Positions 7,830 through 15,436 of a DNA stretch of 24,000 nucleotides are shown in pieces (the stretch's first letter is position 1; the number at the start of each line of letters is the position of its first letter). A program made the position numbers and the translations under genes. A model generated the notes under the pieces. It was not told where the DNA came from and did not search any database. It saw only the letters and a list, made by a program, of their open reading frames with translations. Where the stretch lies: positions 70,931 to 94,930 of the forward strand of contig SOIM01000020.1 of NCBI GenBank assembly GCA_004377185.1, read 5' to 3'. This DNA is from Methanomassiliicoccales archaeon (GTDB taxonomy: Archaea; Thermoplasmatota; Thermoplasmata; RBG-16-68-12; SOIM01).

Positions 7830-8693
7830 ATGAGTGAATGTCCTACGTGTTCAGGTCAATTGGCCTATGTACAACAGTATGAACAGTGGTATTGTTACCA
7901 TTGCCAACAGTATTTCCAACCGGGACCACCGCCAACGCCGGAGCATCAACAACCGCAGCGAGATCCGTATCCAGAGCCACAACCAGATACTCCCACGCCA
8001 CATCCAGGGCCTCAACCACAGACGCCACCGCAACCGGCGCCCGAGTTGCAGATGCAGCCACAACAGCCCCAGATTCAGGTTCAGCAACCGGCGATGCAAC
8101 CGCAACAGCCAATATCTGCCCCCATCTGGTATCAAAACACCTACCGTATCAGGAAGAAAGTCTTGACCATCGGGAACAAGTACTGGATCGAGGACGAGAA
8201 GGGAAACATGTTGGGATTCTCCAAGCAGAAGCTCTTCAAGCTCAAGGAAGACATACGCATATACACGGACGAGACCATGAGCACCGAACTGTTCAGGATT
8301 CAGCAACAGCAAATCCTGGACCTGTGGGGATCCTTTGCGGTCATCGACTCCCAGACGAACCAGAGTCTCGGCACAATCAGAAGAGGTGCTTTGTCTTCGA
8401 AGTTCGTGAGGGATGAATGGGAGGTCTATGACGCTAACGGCCAACTTGTGGGTGGGATATACGAGTCCACGGGGCGAGGACTTGCCAGGAAGTACCTGCC
8501 CGGAGGCGGACTGATACCCGAGAAGATGTCCTTCTCATTGCAGGGTCAGCCCGTGGCCCAGATAAACCAGAAGTTCAAGATCATCGGAGACATCTGGCAT
8601 TTGCACTGCACGCATGTACCTCAGTACTTCGACCGCAGGGTGTTGCTGGCCTGTCTGTTGTTAATGGGAATGATAGAGCGCGACCGCAAGTGA
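7830..8693 (+). CDS. Zinc-ribbon + P/Q-rich linker + Tubby/LURP-one-like (DUF567-type) domain protein
   Basis: Preferred start is ATG 7830 (GGTGA upstream); the track start is 7764. N-terminal CPTC..x14..CYHC. About 65 aa of P/Q low complexity at roughly 7915-8125. The C-terminal ~190 aa begin YRIRKKVLTIGNKYWIEDEKGN and end in a hydrophobic helix, RRVLLACLLLMGMIER. Confidence 0.6.
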   Translation: MSECPTCSGQLAYVQQYEQWYCYHCQQYFQPGPPPTPEHQQPQRDPYPEPQPDTPTPHPGPQPQTPPQPAPELQMQPQQPQIQVQQPAMQPQQPISAPIWYQNTYRIRKKVLTIGNKYWIEDEKGNMLGFSKQKLFKLKEDIRIYTDETMSTELFRIQQQQILDLWGSFAVIDSQTNQSLGTIRRGALSSKFVRDEWEVYDANGQLVGGIYESTGRGLARKYLPGGGLIPEKMSFSLQGQPVAQINQKFKIIGDIWHLHCTHVPQYFDRRVLLACLLLMGMIERDRK

Positions 8694-8784
8694 GGTCCTG
8701 GAAACGGGACTTCATCTCTTCAGTTTTCTTCTCCCGAAAGCCTGAAATAGCCTGCGAGAGTTGTCATTCTGGGGTGACGAGCAC

Positions 8785-9372
8785 ATGGCAACTTTGACCT
8801 CTTTGTGGTTTCAGAATTCCTATCGAATAAGGAAGAAGGTTCTGACCATATGGAATAAGTACTGGATCGAGGACAAAAGGGGAAACAAATTGGGGTTCTC
8901 CAAGCAGAAGATGTTCAGGCTCAAGGAAGACATACGCATCTACACGGACGAGAGCATGAGCAATGAGCTGTTCAGGATCAAGCAGAAGCAAATATTGGAC
9001 TTGTGGGGCTCCTTTGCGGTCACCGACACCCAGAGCGGTCAAGTGCTCGGGACTATCAAGAGGCGTGCTCTCTCCTCGGCGTTCGTAAGAGATGAGTGGG
9101 AAGTCTATGATGCGAACAACCAGCTCGTTGGTGGATTGTATGAGTCCACAAGACGAGGATTGGCCCGAAAATACATACCTGGAGGCAAACTGATACCCGA
9201 GAAAATGACGTTCTCATTACATGGCCAACCTATTGCGAAGATCAACCAGAAGTTCAAGATAATTGGCGATATCTGGGAGCTGAAGTGCACCAACGTGCCA
9301 CAGTACTTCGACCGACGTGTGTTGCTGGCATGCATGTTGTTGATGGGAATGATCGAGCGCAGCCGCAAGTGA
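8785..9372 (+). CDS. Tubby/LURP-one-like (DUF567-type) protein, paralog of the previous gene
   Basis: Preferred start is ATG 8785 (GGTGA 8 nt upstream); the track start is TTG 8761. By-eye alignment gives roughly 80 percent amino-acid identity to the C-terminal domain of 7830..8693. It lacks the zinc ribbon and P/Q linker. Confidence 0.6.
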   Translation: MATLTSLWFQNSYRIRKKVLTIWNKYWIEDKRGNKLGFSKQKMFRLKEDIRIYTDESMSNELFRIKQKQILDLWGSFAVTDTQSGQVLGTIKRRALSSAFVRDEWEVYDANNQLVGGLYESTRRGLARKYIPGGKLIPEKMTFSLHGQPIAKINQKFKIIGDIWELKCTNVPQYFDRRVLLACMLLMGMIERSRK

Positions 9373-9450
9373 GGCGGACCAGAAATTCATTATCATTTAG
9401 CATACTCTTACAGTCAAGTTATTAATAGGTCAGCCTAGGTGTTTTCTTGA

Positions 9451-10248
9451 ATGGCTGAAACTGTAAAGCCAGGTGACTTGGACGAGGACAAGTACGAGAG
9501 GTCCAAGAGATTGGAATGGTTTGATTTGGATAAGATCCAGAGAACGAGGGTGTTGGTTGTTGGAGGGGGTGCGATTGGGAATGAGACCGTCAAGAACCTG
9601 ATACTGGCTGGTTTTAGAAAGATCACCTTGGTGGATATGGACCGTGTTGTTCGCTCCAACCTGAATAGATGTATTTTCTTTGATGAGGAGGACGCAGAAA
9701 GACGAAGGTTGAAAGTAGAGGCAATTGTTGAGAAAGCACGGAAGCTGGACAAGGAAGTGGATATCGACTACAGGACCGAGATGATTCAAAAGCTGCCGGA
9801 GGATTTCATTCCTTCCTACGACTTGGTCTTGGGTTGCCTGGACAATGTGGCTGCGAGGCTACACCTCAATGCTCACTGCTACAGGCACGGGATTCCTTAC
9901 GTCGATGCCGCCACGCAAGGGTTTGTGGGAAAAGTCCAGGTGGTGCTTCCTAAAGAGACCCCATGCTTGGAGTGTGGGATGAACAAGACCCATGTGAAGA
10001 TAATGGAGGAGAGGTTCAGTTGCACCGGTGAGGACGTGACTTTCCATGTTCCGAAGATGGCTGCTGAGATAACCACCACAAGCGTCGTTTCAGCCATACA
10101 AACGAGGGAGTCCATCAAATTGGTGCTAGGGATGGAGAAGGAGTTGATACGGAACGTTTTCTACTATGATGGGATGAGAAATGTGTCGGAGATTTTGGAA
10201 CTGGACAGGAATCCTGAATGTGCACATCATCCAGTTTCTGAGAAGTAA
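9451..10248 (+). CDS. Ubiquitin-activating E1-like adenylyltransferase (ThiF/MoeB/UBA superfamily), minimal 265 aa
   Basis: VLVVGGGAIGNE (GxGxxG), DMDRVVRSNLNRC (R-x-N-L-x-R arginine-finger motif), LDNVAAR (ATP/Mg Asp), CLEC plus C-terminal ECAHH (zinc-site-like). A Cys in FSCTGED precedes PKMAAEITTTSVVSAIQ (crossover-loop-like position). Confidence 0.85.
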   Translation: MAETVKPGDLDEDKYERSKRLEWFDLDKIQRTRVLVVGGGAIGNETVKNLILAGFRKITLVDMDRVVRSNLNRCIFFDEEDAERRRLKVEAIVEKARKLDKEVDIDYRTEMIQKLPEDFIPSYDLVLGCLDNVAARLHLNAHCYRHGIPYVDAATQGFVGKVQVVLPKETPCLECGMNKTHVKIMEERFSCTGEDVTFHVPKMAAEITTTSVVSAIQTRESIKLVLGMEKELIRNVFYYDGMRNVSEILELDRNPECAHHPVSEK

Positions 10249-10253
10249 TTCTC

Positions 10254-11081
10254 TTACAACAGGCCAGCGTTCTTCAGACCGTCCAGAACCAAGAACGTTT
10301 GAGTCTCCGGCTCTTTCTTGCCCCAACTTCCGTCTTTGTTCTGCCTTCTGATGATTGATGGGAGAGTTCTCTCCAATTGCTTCTTCGCGGCGGTTTGCTT
10401 CGCCCTGGATAGCGCATGGAACGTGTGGTAGAAGGGGAATCCTTTCCATGATCCAGTCTTTGTCTGAATATCTGCGAGATACTTGATTCCGTTCCTGACC
10501 CGCTTGGTGTTCATGCTCTTTGGATGTTCTATCAGCATGCGCAGAACGTTGATTGTGCACCATGAACCACACCAGTCTGGAGTCCAGAACTTGAGGTAAG
10601 AGTCAACTGTCTTCTGAACCTGTTTCCTTTTGTCAAGGCCGTACATGTGGAACAGGTGAACTGCATAAGGTGTCGTGTAGAATATCGTGCAGCCAGGTCC
10701 GAATTCTCCGTAATGGGTCGAGCGCATTGTGCTGGATTCCTTTCTATTGCCGGAGTGGAAGAAGCCAGGGTAGCCTCTGTATTCGTATTTCTGGGTAGAG
10801 AATAGCCAGTCCAGACCTTTCTTGACGTTCCTGTCCTTTGCATCGTAGCCCAGGAGGGCAAGGTTCCAGAGATTGTTTGCTGTGCTGACAAACAGATTGT
10901 CCCAACTGCCGTCTTTTGATTGGCGGGAAACGATTCTGCTGTAGAGTTTCTTCCTCAGGGCACCTTCAGACTTCGTTTTCTCATCAAACACAGATTGCCG
11001 GAGGTAGAAACCAATAGGTGACTTCAAATCGCCTGCATAATTCAGTGGGTCAACTCTCAGTTCTCTAGCGATGTCTTTCAT
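10254..11081 (-). CDS. QW-repeat protein (prenyltransferase / squalene-hopene cyclase-type alpha/alpha toroid repeats)
   Basis: Three QxxDGSW-type motifs: RQSKDGSWD, IQTKTGSWKG, RQNKDGSWGK. No signal peptide seen. Its stop is 6 nt from the E1 stop (convergent), and it is divergent from the Ubl gene across a 134-bp spacer. Confidence 0.6.
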   Translation of the reverse strand: MKDIARELRVDPLNYAGDLKSPIGFYLRQSVFDEKTKSEGALRKKLYSRIVSRQSKDGSWDNLFVSTANNLWNLALLGYDAKDRNVKKGLDWLFSTQKYEYRGYPGFFHSGNRKESSTMRSTHYGEFGPGCTIFYTTPYAVHLFHMYGLDKRKQVQKTVDSYLKFWTPDWCGSWCTINVLRMLIEHPKSMNTKRVRNGIKYLADIQTKTGSWKGFPFYHTFHALSRAKQTAAKKQLERTLPSIIRRQNKDGSWGKKEPETQTFLVLDGLKNAGLL

Positions 11082-11215
11082 AGTAGGTCACGAATGGTAA
11101 TGGTCTGCGTTTTGCATAATGCTTTCTGCTGACTCTTGAGTTATGTCAGATTCACTTCCGATACCCAGAACGAAACCGTTTTATCTTCCACTCAGATATT
11201 CCCTCACCGAGGGAT

Positions 11216-11458
11216 ATGACAACCAGAATCAAAGTCAAGAACGCGGAGACAGGGGCATCTGTGGACATGGACTTGGAACAGGACAACACCGTCGAGGAGA
11301 TCATAGAGAGTGCCGCATCGTACTGGGAAAAGCCTCCAGGCGCTTACGTAATCAGAAAAGGTAAACAGGTTCTCAGAGGCCAGGCAACCATTTCAGATTC
11401 CGGAATCATGCAAGATGATGTCCTAGAATTGATCCCCGACCCAGAAGGCGGTCATTAG
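11216..11458 (+). CDS. Ubiquitin-like beta-grasp modifier precursor, C-terminus ..PEGG-H
   Basis: 80 aa with an alternating beta-grasp-like pattern (TRIKVKNAETGASVDMDL..VEEIIESAA..YVIRKGKQVL..DDVLELIP). Di-glycine at residues 78-79 is followed by a single His and the stop. It lies immediately upstream of E2. Confidence 0.8.
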   Translation: MTTRIKVKNAETGASVDMDLEQDNTVEEIIESAASYWEKPPGAYVIRKGKQVLRGQATISDSGIMQDDVLELIPDPEGGH

Positions 11459-11472
11459 TCAAAGGAGATTCA

Positions 11473-11988
11473 ATGCCCCTGCCCAAGGATGTGCTTAGAG
11501 ACAGAGTACATAATGAGATCCTGATGTGCCAGCGTCAGTTGCACCACTTGATAGAAGTCTCAGACCCAAACTTCAATGAATTCCCTGTCGAGGTGAACCT
11601 GACTCTCACAAAAACCCCCGGCCCGATAATGCTGGACGGAAAGATATCCCACCTCTTCAACCACAAACTGAAGATGATAATCACCGAGGACTATCCCTAC
11701 GAGAAACCGATCGTAAAATGGCAGACCGAGATATTCCATCCAAACATTATGCTTCCAGATGATGGTGGGTATGTCTGTACCAAACTCCTGGACGACTGGA
11801 GCTTCTCCTCGAACCTCCTCACCTTCATAAAAGGTCTGGAATCCCTTCTCGTCAATCCCAATCCCAAGAACCCGTACGGAAGCGATTCCTGCACCAGGGC
11901 CGCGGAATACTTCAACACTCACGAATACAAGTCGCCTGTGGTCATCAAAAAGAAGGACCCTCCAAAGATCGTCGGGGTAATCCAATGA
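11473..11988 (+). CDS. Ubiquitin-conjugating enzyme E2 (UBC fold, eukaryote-like motifs)
   Basis: DYPYEKPIVKWQTEIFHPNI (H89-P90-N91), catalytic-position Cys102 (codon 11776-11778), W109, LESLLVNPNPKNP. These are colinear with eukaryotic YPFKPP / HPN / C / W / PNPxxP. AAGGAG lies 6 nt upstream. Confidence 0.9.
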   Translation: MPLPKDVLRDRVHNEILMCQRQLHHLIEVSDPNFNEFPVEVNLTLTKTPGPIMLDGKISHLFNHKLKMIITEDYPYEKPIVKWQTEIFHPNIMLPDDGGYVCTKLLDDWSFSSNLLTFIKGLESLLVNPNPKNPYGSDSCTRAAEYFNTHEYKSPVVIKKKDPPKIVGVIQ

Positions 11989-12635
11989 GTGCACCAAAAG
12001 TTGTCAGTGAGACGAAGAAGGAGATAGAAGAGAAGTCCCCTCCGTCAATCATAAACATTCGCCAGCACTACTGGCTGACGGCCGAGAGCAAGGAGCTGTA
12101 CAAGGGAGTAGTCCTCTCTTCCGGAGTGTTTCCCGTATATATCTCAAGAAAGGCGGAGGAAAAGATCAGGAACCACGCGATGGAATACGGGGATGACGGT
12201 ACAGAGGTCATGGGCTTCCTTCTGGGTGAGGTTTTTGAACACAATGGGGTGAGATACGCGGTTGTGAAGGATGTCGCCACCACCAGCTTGGACGCCTCGG
12301 AAGTCTCGGTAAGATTCGACAAGGACAATATGGAACAGCTCTTCAGCCAGATGGACAGTTCGGGCTTTGACTACATGATCGTGGGATGGTACCACTCCCA
12401 CCCAGGTCATTCCTGCTTCATGTCCCCAACGGATATGCGGACTCAGAGGGCGATGTTTCAAGAAGACTACCACTCCGCGATCGTCGTCGATCCTTTGAAA
12501 ATGGAGATTGAAGCTTACGGACTGGATGGAAACGATTACAAACCCATTCCATTCGCCGTTTTCTGGGAAGAGTTCGAAGACCCGTATGGAAAGAAAACCA
12601 AGAAGAAAAAGATGAAGAAGCTAAACCCAGATTGA
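11985..12635 (+). CDS. JAMM/MPN+ metalloprotease (Rpn11-like deubiquitinase / Ubl-processing peptidase)
   Basis: EVMGFLLGE (catalytic Glu) and HSHPGHSCFMSPTD (HxHx7Sx2D). The ATG overlaps the E2 stop (ATGA). Lys-rich tail KKTKKKKMKKLNPD. Confidence 0.9.
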   Translation: MSAPKVVSETKKEIEEKSPPSIINIRQHYWLTAESKELYKGVVLSSGVFPVYISRKAEEKIRNHAMEYGDDGTEVMGFLLGEVFEHNGVRYAVVKDVATTSLDASEVSVRFDKDNMEQLFSQMDSSGFDYMIVGWYHSHPGHSCFMSPTDMRTQRAMFQEDYHSAIVVDPLKMEIEAYGLDGNDYKPIPFAVFWEEFEDPYGKKTKKKKMKKLNPD

Positions 12636-12644
12636 GTGTCGCGA
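12612..12644. repeat. Left 33-nt direct repeat (att-like): ATGAAGAAGCTAAACCCAGATTGAGTGTCGCGA
   Basis: Identical to 16261-16293 except for one mismatch (T12639 versus C16288). Covers the last codons and stop of the JAMM gene. Confidence 0.85.
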
Positions 12645-12672
12645 TTCTCACTCCCAAAATCTTCTCTCACCC

Positions 12673-12680
12673 TTTTTTTT
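12673..12680 (+). terminator. Oligo-T tract (T8), candidate archaeal terminator for the Ubl-E2-JAMM transcript
   Basis: CCTTTTTTTTGC lies 38 nt after the JAMM stop, inside the inserted element. Confidence 0.35.
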
Positions 12681-12989
12681 GCGAATCCCTAACCAATTCT
12701 GGTGCTGGGGTGTTGGAAGTGCTTTTGATATGTGCACGCTTTGTCTCACGGATAAGAGGTGAGGATAGTCTCTTCTCGATACGTGGAGAATCTCAAATCG
12801 CTAGTTCAGTCTTAAGCAGTCCCCAATAGGTGTGAAGCTGAACGAATCTCAAAAACACCAACGGCTTCGCCTTCTCATCCGCAAGTGTAGGACGAAGGAT
12901 GGTTTCGAGAGCTACTCAGCCATAAATCTCACAAACTACTTCGAAAGTTTTATGTGATAGCAGGTCATATTAGTTATTGCGTTGGTAGT

Positions 12990-13032
12990 AACCAACAAAA
13001 AGAGGGGATGTGGCGAGTCGCCTCTTACCCTC
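12990..13032 (-). terminator. Hairpin plus T-run downstream of the DUF3800 gene
   Basis: The minus strand reads AGAGGG-n20-CCCTCT followed by TTTTGTTGG. The loop contains the palindrome GGCGAGTCGCC. Confidence 0.35.
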
Positions 13033-13037
13033 TGCTT

Positions 13038-13787
13038 CTATGGAAAAATCTTCAAGCCAGGACCCATATACTCTCCTTCATCATTTTTGTTGAACCTGTC
13101 AACAATCCTCTCAAAGAAAATATCGAAGTATTCGTCCCTCCATGTGTTTGAGGGTCTGAGTTTCCTTCGAACGCAATAAGCAACACAGTCGGCCAATTGA
13201 GAGAGGTTCCGGAAATGGGATTCAACAAAGAGAATGTCCTCAATCAGGAATTCGGTTCTCCCAGTAAACATCGTTCCTTCACGGAAGTACTCTGTCATTT
13301 TCTTCCGAACCTTGAGATCAAATGCCGGCTGCACTCTTTCAACCAACATAAGTCCAAATTCCCTTGGTCTTGATGTTCCCTCAGCTTCTCTGTTAACTCT
13401 CTTCAGGAACATATTCAAGCGTTCGTAAAGGAGGCGCAGTGCCCAACTCTCGATATCGAAATCCTTTTTTCTTATCTTGTTCTTGACTATGACGACACTG
13501 ACGATGCTCATCGTGGATTCTTCGATTAACTGGTAGATGTCTCCCAGCAATTCAAAGCACTTCGGCAGTTTCAAGCCACAGAACTCCTTGCTTGAATGGA
13601 CAATGTCCTTCGCGTGTAGTTCTACTTGGTCAGGATCCGTATCTGGGAACCACTTCTTCTTCAAGTCTAAGACCTTCTCATTGACCTCATACCACTCACC
13701 CTCATTGACAATCAGCGAAGACAGTACGAAGTTCTCTTTATCGCCGAAGTGCGGTTTCCCCGACTCATCCACATAGATTATGTACAT
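13038..13787 (-). CDS. DUF3800-family protein
   Basis: N-terminal MYIIYVDESGK (the family's YxDESG start), about 250 aa, C-terminal ADCVAYCV-type segment. Confidence 0.65.
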   Translation of the reverse strand: MYIIYVDESGKPHFGDKENFVLSSLIVNEGEWYEVNEKVLDLKKKWFPDTDPDQVELHAKDIVHSSKEFCGLKLPKCFELLGDIYQLIEESTMSIVSVVIVKNKIRKKDFDIESWALRLLYERLNMFLKRVNREAEGTSRPREFGLMLVERVQPAFDLKVRKKMTEYFREGTMFTGRTEFLIEDILFVESHFRNLSQLADCVAYCVRRKLRPSNTWRDEYFDIFFERIVDRFNKNDEGEYMGPGLKIFP

Positions 13788-13788
13788 T

Positions 13789-13893
13789 TCAGAGGAACAT
13801 CAGACAATAGATATTTCTATCCTCCCTTGCCGAGAAACTTTCTAGGTGAAGATCAATCTCCAGGACATCTTTCCGTTTCTGTTTGCTGGACAT
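13789..13893 (-). CDS. Possible 34-aa leader ORF coupled to the DUF3800 gene (MSSKQKRKDVLEIDLHLESFSAREDRNIYCLMFL)
   Basis: Its TGA stop is 1 nt from the DUF3800 ATG. There is no homology signal, and the track's longer 78-aa version starts at TTG. Confidence 0.2.
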   Translation of the reverse strand: MSSKQKRKDVLEIDLHLESFSAREDRNIYCLMFL

Positions 13894-14092
13894 CTGTGAA
13901 CCGCCCTGATTTGGAGACGGCGATCTATGTCGGGGAATCGGAGCCCTCACTGGGTAGCCACATAGAGATGCAACCCTGTGGTTCCGCGCGTGCCATCTGC
14001 TTCCTCCGATTGACCATTTTGCCAATGCTTGATAATGTCTCTGCTCTTTTCAGAGAGAGACTTATCATGTTTTCTTTCTTATTGGAGTTTAG

Positions 14093-15340
14093 TCACTGAT
14101 CTCTCTTCATTACTCTTGCTAAGGTACGTTCCATGCGTTCAAAGATCTCGTTCACCTCCTCTTGCGTGAGGGTCCCCTTTTTTCCCCATTCTTCAACAAG
14201 TCTCTTTGATATCTCTTTCCGCACACTTCTTTCTTTGGGGTCTGGAACATTCCTCTCCAATATCTCATCTGTAATGAGTTCTAACACATGGAGATTTGTG
14301 GCATACCATTGTTGATACAACACCTGGGCAACATCTGTAACATAATCTTCTCCAAATGGTCTGTCAAGGACACCTTTGGGGAGAGCCATAGCGGGATTGT
14401 CTGGCCACCTCGCCCAGACAAAGTGTGGGTTGAACTGGGTCCATAATAGCTCAAGGAACTCTCGAAACTGCTCAAGGAGATCTTGACTGACGCCGAACTT
14501 CCCAAATACCGTGAATATACTCTTCTCTCTCTTCTTCCCTAACTCTCCCTTGATGAATCTGTTAAGGAGTGAACACACCTTGATGGTCTTCTGGTCTAGA
14601 TAATTCTCTAGATTCTCTATCAGCCATTGGGCGAACTGGCTCTCACTCCTTTTGGACTCTTTAACCCTTGCGGGGTCAGTTGTAGCAAGTGCATACGACC
14701 AATAGGCTAACGGATCAGTCACCCTTCCAGCGGATTCGATGAGAACGACAAAATAGTCCCTGAGTTTCTTGGGTAGCTGTGTCTTCTCTATCTCTTCGAC
14801 CAGATAATCCTTCACCATCTCCAGGGGCATGACAAGAAACCGGTATAGATTCTCCAACTCCCTGCATGCGATCTGCCGTCGTTCCTTGACCTGATTCTCC
14901 CAGCCCTCTGGCATTTTCACGACATGGGGTATTCCATAGACAGTAAGTGATGCTGACCACAACTTGGAAAGAGCATCTGATTGTGCCATCTTCATGACTG
15001 TTTCCATGTCCTCTGCCACCACTGGCCAACAGTGGTCTATATCAGTCCTCCTGAGTGATTCGGTCTGCCCATCCCGTAGTCTTTCTCCCCGTTGCTCCTT
15101 CGTAACATAGTATATGCACTCTTTCCCATTTACCTTCCTTCTCTGGACCGCGCCTATATCACACAGTTTGCTAAGATACTTGTACAGAGCCTTGGCCTTC
15201 TCTTTGTTGTAACCAAATTCTTTCCTTATCTGACGTTGTGTGATTCCCTCCCATCTTTCCTCAATGATTCCAAGGATGCGGTCATACGGCTCTCTCTCCT
15301 TGATGTCCTCTATGTCTTTTATATAACTACCTCGCGACAT
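14093..15340 (-). CDS. 415-aa protein with N-terminal winged-helix domain, remainder alpha-helical, function unknown
   Basis: ITQRQIRKEFGYNKEKAKALYKYLSKLCDIGAVQRRKVNGKECIYYV looks wHTH. No Walker A, no recombinase R..HxxR..Y pattern and no nuclease motif could be identified. Confidence 0.5.
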   Translation of the reverse strand: MSRGSYIKDIEDIKEREPYDRILGIIEERWEGITQRQIRKEFGYNKEKAKALYKYLSKLCDIGAVQRRKVNGKECIYYVTKEQRGERLRDGQTESLRRTDIDHCWPVVAEDMETVMKMAQSDALSKLWSASLTVYGIPHVVKMPEGWENQVKERRQIACRELENLYRFLVMPLEMVKDYLVEEIEKTQLPKKLRDYFVVLIESAGRVTDPLAYWSYALATTDPARVKESKRSESQFAQWLIENLENYLDQKTIKVCSLLNRFIKGELGKKREKSIFTVFGKFGVSQDLLEQFREFLELLWTQFNPHFVWARWPDNPAMALPKGVLDRPFGEDYVTDVAQVLYQQWYATNLHVLELITDEILERNVPDPKERSVRKEISKRLVEEWGKKGTLTQEEVNEIFERMERTLARVMKRDQ

Positions 15341-15404
15341 ATTTGACGCCTCTTTTCCGCTTAGGGGACTTGAATGTCCATTTCGGGTATCCTATATCTC
15401 CCTA

Positions 15405-15412
15405 TTTATATA
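15405..15412 (+). promoter_or_regulatory. TATA box (TTTATATA) for the AbrB-like gene, probably leaderless
   Basis: Centre is about 28 nt upstream of ATG 15437. It sits in the divergent spacer shared with the 415-aa gene. Confidence 0.45.
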
Positions 15413-15436
15413 AGGGGTTGTATTTTCTTTTATAGT

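Noticed and set aside
7915-8125. Repetitive-looking CCA/CAA/CCG-rich DNA, considered as a tandem repeat or CRISPR-like array
   Set aside because: There is no fixed repeat unit or spacer periodicity. It stays in frame inside a long ORF and simply encodes a P/Q-rich low-complexity linker.
11143-11364. 73-aa ORF overlapping the Ubl gene in another frame
   Set aside because: It has no motifs and spans the promoter region. The Ubl frame has the GG terminus and operon context.
9451-12635. Interpretation as a SAMP/MoaD-MoeB sulfur-carrier (molybdopterin/thiamine/tRNA thiolation) locus
   Set aside because: A bona fide UBC-fold E2 with HPN and a catalytic Cys is present. No rhodanese domain is fused to E1 and no MoaE/ThiG-type partners are nearby. 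A conjugation cascade fits better.
14093-15340. 415-aa protein as the integrase of the inserted element
   Set aside because: There is no tyrosine-recombinase R..HxxR..Y pattern, no serine-recombinase N-terminus and no DDE motif recognisable by eye. It is left as unknown rather than called.
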